Shown here: positions 1 to 11,149 of the stretch, piece by piece
Position numbering within the stretch: position 1 is the first letter of the stretch
Layout of the letters: every line of letters starts with the position of its first letter
Assembly (NCBI GenBank): GCA_907165135.1
Contig: OU015569.1
Location: 1,116,001 to 1,180,000 of the forward strand
Length of the DNA: 64,000 nt
Source: Oikopleura dioica
Taxonomy: Eukaryota > Animalia > Chordata
Reading direction: 5' to 3'
Notes under the pieces: generated by a model
Database searches by the model: none
Told to the model about the DNA's origin: nothing
Seen by the model: only the letters and a program-made list of their open reading frames with translations
Translations under genes and position numbers: made by a program

Positions 1-514
1 ATAGTCTCTTCCATGATATCATGGAGGAGATCGCTGATCTTCTGCAGTTTCAATCTCAATATAACTTTGTTCATATTACTCGGGTGCTGTTTTTCATATG
101 CTCTGCTTATTTCCTAATATTTATATGTTTAATAATTTTATGATTCGAGGGAATTTATTATGCACAAAGATCTTCAATAAGTAATGGAATCGAGAGTTCG
201 CCTAAATTGCATACATTATTTAGTAAAAAAGGAAATCAACAATATGACATCATAAGAATAAAATGACAGTTATCGACAGTATTCCTTTGATAAAAGTGAT
301 GCTACCTATAAGTGCAATGGGCCATGGCCATAGTTATGGGCCATATAAAAGCTTATTTTCCCACTTTAGTCCTTGCGTTTTCCCTTTTTCATTTCTGGAT
401 TTGATTTTCGAGCCGGACCAGCCGATATATAACTTGCGCACCGAGCCGGTTTTCCTCAGTTTCCTCAGAGACTCAACTTCAAATTGAATTTTTTTCAATA
501 AAAAACTTTTTACG

Positions 515-1425
515 ATGGATCAGGACAAGAAAGCTGCGCAAAATCGACGAAATCGGTTACGGTACTGGACGAAGAAATTGACGCCCAAACTCGGAGCGGG
601 GCATTTTCAAGGAAACGAGGGTTGGCCCGGAAAAAATGGACCCGAAGCTCGCGACCACTTCTACGACGAGGAACTTGAAAAGGTTCTGCTTCTTCTCGAT
701 TTGGGAGCAAAAGAGGTCAATTTCAAGGGAAGATGGTTAATTGTAACTTAAAATAGTATATAAGAGCCTTCTTTAACCAGTTTTAAACAAGATATTATAA
801 TATACAGTTGACTCGCACAATTCGGCCCTTGCGATTCTCACTAAAAATGATTAGCAACAATCTTATGATTCGGACCCGCACAATTGGGCCCTATTTTGAA
901 AAATTGGAAAAACAAAATAGGATGGAATTGTGTGAGTTGACTGCAAGTATACAAAGAAATTATCCACTCTTAAAAGTTCTGGGCCACTACTCAGGGGGAA
1001 CAGGACAAAGACATCGTTGCACACGGATGGCGAGTGAAATTTGTTGGCTGCTGCAAGGACCTGAATACTGATGTACTCTACGGCGATGGATTTCATCACT
1101 TTTCCCTCGAAAAAATCGGTATTTAGATTAACTATGACAATAACTAATTGTTGCTTCATTAGGCGGCGGTCCAAAGATCAAATGCGAGGCGACTGAATAC
1201 TGGTGGTACTACGACCATGTTGTTGGATCGGAGAAGACCAAGGTCACCGAAGGTGGCAAGATCGAGATGAAATTGAAGCGGCAAGTTCGATCCGCTTACG
1301 TGGTCGTCAACTGCTGGATTCTCCCAGAAGATTCTCCTGTGGCACCAACTGAAGAATCTTCTGACGAAGAACCCGACCATGATGCGGCGATCGACGTCGA
1401 CGAGGGGGGCTGCAGCGTTATGTGA
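515..1425 (+). CDS. Uncharacterised multi-exon protein ending in a CaaX prenylation motif (CSVM)
   Basis: Exon 977-1118 (FWATTQGEQDKDIVAHGWRVKFVGCCKDLNTDVLYGDGFHHFSLEKI) joins in phase via GT-AG intron 1119-1162 to exon 1163-1425 (GGGPKIKCEATEYWWYY...DEGGCSVM*). The link to upstream ORF 515-751 is plausible but not resolved. Confidence 0.5.
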
Positions 1426-1793
1426 AGTTAGATCTACTAATGCCTGCTTATCGGATCCATCGTGCCTGTTTTATGAGAATAAATCAAGTGCTTGAAATAA
1501 GTATAAATGCCCTAAAGTGTGATCTTGTTTACGCATTGAAATAAGTGCTAAAAGAGATAAATTTTCACTATTGAAAATTCATCAAATAAATTTCGGCGGA
1601 TATCAAGAAATATTTATTAGTCGACGGTTCGCCATTTGAAAAAAATAGATAAATGTGCAATATATTCAATATTCAGTAAGTTGGACAGTATTCGACAGGC
1701 GCTATAAATAATTTCAAGAAGTGGTTCTGTGTCGCCATTAGTCTTCGAGGATTCGCAATTTTACGGTTGAACTGAGGTAGAGGCAGTGGAAAT

Positions 1794-3525
1794 CTACTTT
1801 TTTTTCATGAAGAAGCTCGAGATACTTGGCTGGTGCTTTGGCTTGGCCACGGTTTTCTTCGCCGCTGGTTTTGGAGCTGACTGGATTTTCTGAACGAAAA
1901 ATGAGACTCAACAAAGTAAGATTAATAGAGAACCTGTGGAGCTGGTTTTGCTTTCGCCTCTTCCTCGATCTCGCTTGGATCTACTTCGACCTCTACGTAG
2001 TACTTTTCCGTCACCATGTTGCCTTCATCATCAACGTAAGTGCGCTTCTTCTGAACTTTCTGAACATGTATAGCTTTATTTTTGTCCAACATTGAGGGTT
2101 TACCTTCATGACTTTTCCCGGCTTGACTTTGGCCGTTCCAAACTTAGTGACCGGCGTCTCTTCCTTGATTTCTTTCTTTTCTTTCTTCTTCTTTGCCTGT
2201 TTTTTGTTCTCTTTTTCCTCGTCTGAATCGGACTTTGCTACTTCATCCTCAGACATGAGCGATACGTTCTTGACCGAGTCTTCTAGGTTCTCCTCTAAAG
2301 AAAGAGATGAATCAAGAAAACCAAGGGATGAGCATACCATCATCAGATCCACCAAAAAGAAGACGCCCGCCAGTATTGTCCATATTGTTTCCATCGTCGG
2401 ACTCCGAGTCCGATTCCAAAGCAACGCGACGCCGGTTTTTAGCCACTTTCAGCTTCTTTGGTGACTTTTTCTTCGGCGATTCCCTTGCAGGTTCCTACGG
2501 GCAAATTAAGCTTTTAGGGGAACTAAGATAAATCTACCTCGTCGACTTCCATTTCGTCCGCTTTATCGTTTTCCTCTTCGCTGTCATCGCTCATCACGAT
2601 CCGTGTTCTTTTACTGGGGTGATTTTTGATGATCACCGGAAATTTTCCGAATTGGATAAATTCCAGCGCTCTTTAGACACCCTTACTCCTTTTAGTCGGT
2701 TTCGATTTAGTCTCAAACACTTTTGATGCCCTTTTAGCAGCTTTCGGAGGTGTCTGTCGATTTTCCATAGGATCATCGCAGTCAGAAATAGATTCGGCTT
2801 CTTCTTTGGGTTCCTTTGGCTCTTCTTTGACCTTTTGTTCTGCTTTTCCTTTGGCTCTAGCGTTGGCGAAGAAGTCTGTTTTCTTGCTCGTTTTTGGCTT
2901 CGCAGCTGGTTTTGCTTCTTTCTTTGGCTCAGATGAAGGTTCTTTCTTCACAGTCGTTTTCTGTGAGAGCATGTCTTTGAGCTTGTTTTCTTTCTTTTTG
3001 CCAGTGTTTTTGAATACGTCGATTTCAGTTTTTTTCGGAGCAGCGACAGGAGGCGAGCTTTTGACTGTTTTCGTCTTTGGAACTTCGTTCGATCTTAAAT
3101 ACCAAACTGTCAGTTTTTAGCCGATAACAGTTATCTACCTTATTCCAAGGGAAAGTGGAGTGTCCGAAAAGGTGAAATTATCCATTTCCTTGTTGTAATC
3201 TTTCGTTTGGAAGCCCCAGATATGACACGAGAAAATCGACGAGTATTCATTCACTGCAGCGTCCTTGGATGTCTTGTTGAGAATGGAAACTTTGAAGGCA
3301 TCGTTGCACATGCCAGATAGATAAAATAATGCTTCGCCGTTAAATTCTTCGTGTTTTTCTTGAAACAAAGACTTGACATTATTGACGGACTCGCCCAGCT
3401 CCTCAGCTGCTTGAGCGAAGCTCTTAACATCAACTTAAACCCGTCGAAATAAAATGCCCTCTCACAAGTATATTCTTCTCTTCAAGCGCGTCTTTGAGCT
3501 GCTGGAGAGAGGAGTCGGAAACCAT
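1794..3525 (-). CDS. POLD3: DNA polymerase delta subunit 3 (p66/Cdc27 family)
   Basis: Spliced reading gives KRTYVDDEGNMVTEKYY (POLD3 C-terminal motif), a terminal PIP box QPSISSFFMKKK*, and a Lys/Glu-rich middle region. Confidence 0.9.
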
Positions 3526-3792
3526 CGACGAGTCGAACAAACGCGAATCTCAAGTGAAAGCATTTAGAAATCATTGAATATATGAATGGTATTAGTTGGT
3601 CTATTCTATCCCCAGCAGTGGAAAAGTGTTTATATCATATTATTATTATTATATCTGAAAATGAAGAAAATGGTTGATTTCCAGGATTGCACATAGATAG
3701 TTTTCAGGCGAGTGGTATCACTCGCCAATACAGAGAAAGGTAAAAAGCGATTTTCGAGGACTTGATAAGTGTGTCGCGGTAAAAGCAAACTG

Positions 3793-6700
3793 TTACTCCA
3801 GTTCGATGTCTTCGTCGTCTGTCACAGGTTGATTGGCCTCTTTTAGCCGGCTGCGGTAGTCAGAGATCTTCAGCTGTTGGTCCGAAAGCAATTCGAGCAG
3901 GTCTTCTTGGTCCTTTTTGAGCTCTTCTAGTTCTGCCTCGGTCTCGCTGCTGGAAACGCCTGAATTAGAAAATGATATATTTGCTGGCTAAATTGACAAC
4001 ACTTGCCTTCTGACTTTTGAGGCTGAGATTTTAGAGCTTTTATCTCTTTTTTACTGTTTTCGAGTTCGAGTTTCAACTTTGAGTTTTCACTCGTGAGCTC
4101 GCCCAGCTTAGAATGATCTTTTTCTAACTCCGTAAAGCGAGATTCAAGATTTTCTCGTTCAACTTCTGATTTTTCCAATAACTGCTGCAGCTGAGAAACT
4201 TGAACTTTTCTGTCGTTTTCTGCTGCGTCGATCTTAGCTGTCTTTTCCGCCAATTCCTGTTTCGAAGTTGTTTCGAGAAGCGCAAGCTTTTCGAGCAACA
4301 ACTCCATTTCACCATTGTCGCCGACCTCGGGCTCCAACTTTTCAGCTGCAGTTGATTCAAGAGCACTGACTAGCGATGAGAGACGTTCAATTTCTTTGTT
4401 CTTGGACTCGATCTCCATCTGCGCCGTGTTTTCCCGCTCACTCATCAAGCTTTCTATCGAGCTTATTTTCTCGAAGCTTTCTGAATTCTGTCCAGACAGT
4501 TGCTGATTTTCAGACTCGACTTTTTCTATGTGAAGTTGTCTTTCTTCGGCCTTAGCTTCTAGCTCTTCGATTGTTTTCTTTAGTTGATCAAGTTGCGACG
4601 AATCTTGGGGAGAATCGTGGCCTTCCGGAAGAACGGGAGTCATCGGGATAGCGGATTCAAGCTGGCTAATCTTTGCTTCAAGTCTGTTGATCATTGCCTG
4701 TTTATCGCCAATCGCTATCTTAGCCGTGTTCTCCAGCTTGACCATCTCTTGATTGAGTCTGGCGATTTCTTGGCTGTTTCCGGCGTTCGGAGAAGAAATA
4801 AGCTCTTGGATTTTCGCATCGCGCGCTTGAATTTCAGTTGTCGCCGTCTAACAAATCAGTAATTATAAATTCATGGACGAATAAATATACCTGAAGAAGC
4901 TTTTGCAATTGCAGGAGTTGATTTTCATGATGTTGAGCAACATTCGAAGTCGATTTTTCTAATGCCGAGTGCTTAGCTGCCAGCTCGTCGAGCTCCTTTT
5001 TCTGGGAAGTAAATTGAGCCGTCATTTCGTTCAACTGCTCAAGGAGAGAGCTCGATTGCTCGGTAGACTCGTTCAAGTCTTGCTCTAGCTCGGCTAGTCG
5101 CGCATCCTTCTGGGCAGCTTCAGGACCAGCAAGTTCCAATTCGACTTTGGCGCGGAGTTCTTCTTCCAACGCTTCTAGGACAGTCTCCTCCAGCTCTTTC
5201 CTAAATAAAATTATCATATTTTGTTCTAACTACGATGTTACCTTATTTCCGAAGCCAATGTTTCTCGTAGTTCGTCTTTGACCCCAGCGGAAAGATCTTC
5301 AGCGAGAGAAGCTCTCACTTCACTTTCAACTTCAGGACGGAGCTCTTCACTAAGTCTTTGTCGGATTTCATCCTCAGAAAGCCCCTCGGGGAGATCTATT
5401 TTCGGGCGATTGGCGAGATCTCGCTTGAGCTGCTCATTCTCCTCGCTCATTTGTTTCAACATGGCCTCGGCATTTTGAAAAGCAGCCGAGTTCTGTTGTA
5501 ATTCAGCGAGTTGCGATTCCAGGACTTTTATTTTCTCTTCATTTGCGTGCTTCACAGCCATTTCTGCCTGAACTTCTTCGAAATTTGCGACGTATCGGCC
5601 GACTTTGGCTTCGTATTGTCGATAAATTCTTGTGAAGGAGTTGAAAATGAGCAATTCTTCTGGGTCACTTGCACTGGGACAGGCGTTGCCAGCCGCAGAC
5701 GCGTAACTTGGACTCTTGGCGACTCCGGCGAGTGCGTCTAGGAATTGATCTGGGCCTGGTCTCTTTCTGAGAGAAGTGACAACTTGATCGGAATTGTCGT
5801 TTATAGCAAGCAAACCCATGACTAGTGCAGCTACACCCTGGATGAGAAGCATAATCGAGTCAGAAGGAGATCCATCGAGCATCAGTTGAAGAGTAGACAC
5901 AAGATTTCCCTCGTCGATGAATCTTTTCGCTGCTTCCTGGCAACCGGCACACCAAACAGCAATCAACTGGAGAATACCGAGCCGTGCGTGTGGAGATTGA
6001 CTGTGCGCGAGCGATCCGGTTAAAAATGAAGACAAGCTCGCAGTACCAGCCTGACTTGATAACTGGACCCGCGAAAGAGCAGCTTGTTGTTCTGGACAAT
6101 CGAAAACCGCTTCAGCCATGGCTGCGGCTGAGAGCCAACATGTTAGCGGATCAGCTTTAAACAAACCACCAGAAATGATGACTCCCGCAGTAAAGCTAGA
6201 TGGATTTTCAGACGGCAAGAGAGAGTCAATCGTCGCTTTCTGGCACTGCGGGTTTTTAATCAAAAGAGAACATGTGCAATAGAGTACGCCCAGTCGAAGG
6301 GAAAGCGGCTGCTTGGAATTGACCATCGATTTTAGAAGAACAACGAGTGCTGGAAGGTTTTTCGGTGGTGGTGCAACTAGCGCCGCCAGATCGGTCTGTG
6401 CTTCGTTGTATCGTCTTGCGCATTCGGAGACTAGTAAATAGATTCATTTGCGATCAAAGAGAGTAAACTGACCTGTAAGAATAACCTCAGTAAGGACCTC
6501 TTCGGGAACAGAAACGCCCATGATGAAATTCATGAGCTTGGCAAAGAGGCCCGTCTTTCGGATTGACTTCTGATTTGGAAGCGAGATGTTGCCAGGAAGT
6601 GTCGTCGAAACCAAACTGCGGATGATACCGAGAAATAGGAGACAACAGTTAATTTTTCCAGCGGTCCAGTTTTCATCCCCACTGCTAACTGCGTCGAGGA

Positions 6701-7562
6701 AAGGAATCAGGCGGGGGATGAGCGCTGTTTCGCGAAAGAAGGTGACGTTTGATTGATTGTCTTTGAGCAGAGTGAGGAGCAGCGCGAAGCAATCTTCTGA
6801 GACCGGCCCGCCATCTATTCCGCCTTCCGCGCCAGCGACATTGAGCGCGATCTCGAAAGTATTTTCAAAGGCAATAATCTTCTGCAAAATCTGGTTGTTC
6901 TCAGCCACGGCGATGAGAAGCAACAGGCATTCGTTTCTCAACAGCTCGTTAGCCGATCCAATGCCATCAACGAGCATTGACGAGCCACCTGGTCTTTCTT
7001 GGATGACATTTTGAACCTCGACTGGGTAGTTCCTCGCGAGTGCTGTTAAAAGTCGAAGACCGGAGAGTTTTGCTTTTGTTTCGCTGTGTTTTGGTTTAAA
7101 ATTTAAAATTACAGATTATCGCGTATTCTATTGTAAAACCATTCCCGTCATCAATAACATTGAAAAAAAGACTGATCAGGTCTTTACTTTGGCTTATATG
7201 AAGAGCAGTGTCGCGCGCAACTGGACAAGGGATGTCTTCCTCGTCATCGGCGCCGATCAGAATCAAAATGGCGTCGAGAGCTAGTGATCTGCACTCGCTA
7301 TCGTTTTCTTCACGGATGAGCTCTAGAATAGAGGCGAGGCCAAACTCGGTCACTTCCCGGCGGAACTTTTTCGACATCGACTTGAGCGCGCGGATTGAGT
7401 CCCGTCTGTCATCGAGCAAAGTGGCGGAAGCAACCCGAGCGGATAATTTCTTAAATCTTATTTGAGAAACTCTCTGCTCAAATAGATGATGCTAACCTTC
7501 ACTATTTCCGCACCATCAGGTTCATCCTGAGTCTGCCCCGCGCCGAGCCCGAACCAGGACAT
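3793..7562 (-). CDS. USO1: General vesicular transport factor p115
   Basis: Head motif LDDRRDSIRALKSMSKKFRREV, armadillo-like head (ANELLRNECLLLL), long coiled coil, acidic tail DQEDLLELLSDQQLKI...DDEDIELE*. Confidence 0.93.
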
Positions 7563-7599
7563 TCTAAGCAACAACCGGGTTAAAAGCTAAAATACTGAT

Positions 7600-9671
7600 T
7601 TACTCGAAGAAGATCTTCGGTCTATTGTCAAAGCGATCATGGGAATCGTCTCTGCCATATTTTCTTGTGTGTTTTTCTTTGATCTTCTTCGCCTTTTCCA
7701 TCTCCTCAGCTTCGAAAATTCCCGCCGCTTTCTTTTGTTGAACCGAGAGGCCTTTTAAATATGTTCGCTTTACATTATCATTCATAAAGTGGAAGTCATC
7801 GCTATCGACGAAGAATGTATCGAATGAAGCTTGTGGGGATGGAGCAGGAACTCTCTCACTATAATTCGATATTTTTCGGTTAATAAAATTTATTCATACC
7901 TGTAGTTGGGGATTTCTTCGGGGATCCGCTCCATTTTTGGAGCGATGTTGACAATAGGCTCGTTTTTCAATTCTTTCGTCAAAAAGTTAAGATTAACGTC
8001 GACCTTCTTCACCGCAAATGCTGCTTTTAATTTATTCTCCAGCGTGTTTCGAATGCGAATCATATATTTGCTAAAAGGATTAGGCATTGGAAGACGGTAA
8101 AATATGAGTACCTATATGTCTTTTCCATGTAAAGCATATCCTTCCCTGTGGATCTAAGATTCTTCTTGAGATGGAGTCGCTCAGCATCAGTTTTGAGAGA
8201 AAGATCGAGATCGAGACGAATCTCCGCTTCTGATGGGCTTCCATTCACTTCAACGTGGTTGATGTCGGTAACAGCGGCGAACTTGTGCTTTCCCTGCTTC
8301 GTCATTCCCAAACAAGCCATAGATACATTTTCCTCGATGAGTTCAAACGGGTCCAACTGGCCATCAAGGATCTCATTTACGTCCCATTCACGAGGAAGTG
8401 CTTTCTCCGCAAGTTTCTCAAATATAACATCCGTCGTTTGTGGCATTTCCATCGTCACTGGAAAGACCGATTCGAAATATCGCCAGCCTCGATTTCCAAG
8501 TTGATAAAGCCGCTTTTCGTGAAGATTAAGATCGTCCCAGCGCCAGGAATTAGCGAGACGAAGAATTGATTCTACCTGTCGAACCTTGGAAATAATAGTC
8601 TTTGAAAGCGCAAAGTTTAGCTAAAATCTACCTGCGACATTCTCCTAAAACGCATTGGTCGACGTTGTTCCAAGCCACTTTCTTCGATTTCAACTGTTGT
8701 CGGCTTCATTTGAATCACATTTTCCGGCTTGTTGAAGAACTTGTGTCTGCCAGACTCTGTCAGTTGCCCATTTAAATGCCCCTCAGTCACTTTATCTACA
8801 ATGTCGACGAGTTTCAGCAGCCTTGCGTTCTTTCTCTCCATATTTCGGAACTTGTAGTTTGTTCTGTACTTGAGTCGATCACTCTTGGTGAGCACCAGCA
8901 TAGCTGGAATGTGAGGATTTCTCTTCAGGAGCTTGTAGACCATTACAGTCAAGTTTCCGGCGAGCGTCATTCTACTCGTTAAATCCGCGCAGACGAGAAT
9001 GACATCACAATTTTTTACGAAAATGTCGTTTGTGGCGAAATTCGCGTTGTCTCGCTGAAATAGGGAACGATTTCCGGATTCATTATTCGCCGCAGCTTCT
9101 TTATTCCTTCTTCTGAAGGTGTACTCTCCAACCCCCGTTGGAGAAATCACATCTGGAACTCCTGGGAGATCGACAAACTCGTAAATGATGTTTTCTTTTT
9201 GCACAGAGTGAATACTCGTTCTGTACGTTGAATCGTTTTGATTCGCAACTGGGCACGCATTCCTTCCAATCAGTCGATTTATCAGCGTCGATTTTCCGGA
9301 ATTAGCGCGGCCGATGACAGCTACTCTGAAAATTACAGTCAGAAAAGGTGAACCCTCTTGGGCAGCTACCTTACAACCTTTTGTTGGTCTTTGGGTACTT
9401 TTAAGTTAAAATTCTTTAAAATCGCCAAGTTCTGCAGCTGCCAGAGCTTTTTGAATTCGGTTTCCTCGTTGACTTTTCTGTAAGGAGTTATTCGCCGTTC
9501 GATATTTATCAAATTGCCGCGATATTCCGAGGCTTTCTCAGCGGATGAGTATTTCGCGTTTTCTTCACCTCGCTCGATGTCATGTGCTTGGAGACGATGA
9601 ACAATTTGAGAGTCTCGAGCGAGTCGATCCGATACAACCAGTCTTCTACATCGAGCAACGCCTTTCCACAT
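7600..9671 (-). CDS. ERAL1: Mitochondrial Era-like GTPase
   Basis: G1 VAVIGRANSGKSTL, G3 FVDLPG, G4-like LTKSD, C-terminal KH-like region (FEKLAEKALPREW...; YMIRIRNTLENKLKAAF), and a basic N-terminal presequence-like exon (9671-9371). Confidence 0.8.
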
Positions 9672-9981
9672 TTCTGTCTTCTAAAAGCAGCCGCGATAAG
9701 TACAAGTGCAATTATTGCACTATTATAGTAAAATTAATTAGCGCATGTCGTTGATACAATTTACAATGCCATCAATTTCATGCTCGACAAACTTTGCCAG
9801 TACAATGCCGCTCCCTTATTCATAATTCGTCTACTTTGAGTTTGATTGAAAGGAAAGCGTTTCCGCTAGAACAATCAGAATCAAAAGAGGACGTTTTCTG
9901 CTCTTCCCCTCAGGCCAGTCTGGGAGTCAGCTTTCAGATGGTCAGCTGAAGAGAAAAGAAAAAATAGAAGTTGACTTGAAA

Positions 9982-10621
9982 ATGTCGTTTTTCAAAAATA
10001 TCGCAGGGACGCTTCCAACACCGATCTCCGTGGTTTTCGCCGCGGGCTCCTGGGCATCCGTGAATTGGAGAAAGTCAGAGATCAACACGCTAGAAAAGAG
10101 AAAGGCTGGAATCGAGAAGCGATTGAATGAGCTTTACGGGCCACTCTACGGAAACAGGATGTTATTCAGAGCGAGCATCGGCGCTCTGGAAAAGAAGGTC
10201 GGGACTAGCGTCAGTGAGCATCTCAAAGAAGTCGAGAGGAAGAGACTGGCAAGGTTTGCAAGAAGGGAAATATTAGTAAGAATTGCATGATTGATTTAGC
10301 GAGCTGGAAAACTGGCGGGACTTCTATCGTTCTCAACTTCGCCCGTTGGACATCAAAGTGAATGAGCTCATTCTACTCCACTCAGACTGCATCGTAGACG
10401 AAGAGAGCATGGCGAGAATTAAAGCATTCGCAGAAAAGAGCGCGGAGAACAACTACACAATGGAACATTGGCGGGCGGACGGCGAATGGGATAAACGCTC
10501 GCAATTTGACAGTAAAGACTTTGACTACTCAAATTCAAATGGAGACATGGAGGAACACGAGCTCTTTGAGGAGCATGTTTTGAGCACTTACCGAGGAAAG
10601 GGTCAAAGATCTCTTACTTGA
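9982..10621 (+). CDS. Uncharacterised ~197 aa protein with a bacterial-type LxELYGPL motif
   Basis: Two exons (9982-10253, 10300-10621) joined in phase by a 46-nt GT-AG intron: ...KRLNELYGPLYG...RLAS|ELENWRDFYRSQLRPLDIKVNELILLHSD... Confidence 0.7.
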
Positions 10622-11149
10622 ATACGAACAATTATGTTGAAAAATGGGTGTAGGGCGCCCAGGTTTTAAATTCTGCTTGCCTGAGCAATAGATTGACCCT
10701 AAAAAGCCCTGCGTGAAGAACTGGGGGAAACAACTACTCAATTAAAAGGCCTTGCTGATAAATCTTCATTTGTAGATGCCATGTTCGGACTGCTAATGTT
10801 AAAATAAGAAATAAACTTGAGACTCGAGATAATACATATATATTACCATTTGAACACACTTATAAAGCAGCTACCAATAACAGAAATAGGTTAACGTGTC
10901 GAACCAGATTGCAGTAGATTTGACCCGTTGTGTAATAATAGAAATGTGAATAAAGTTATCAGGGGAAATGAAAGGCACTTGAAGAAACTGGAACAAGAAG
11001 GAAACAGAAATCAGAAAGAGAAATTGAATGTGTTTTAGTGTTTTTTGTGGTTTTCTCACGCGGGCTCGCAGTCAGTGAAGTCATTCTCGTGGCTAGAATG
11101 GGAGCACTCACGGGAACTCGCGCACGCGTTTAACAGAATATATAGTTAG

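Noticed and set aside
1-145. Tail of a gene at the window start
   Set aside because: Several frames are open on both strands with no diagnostic motif, so it cannot be assigned.
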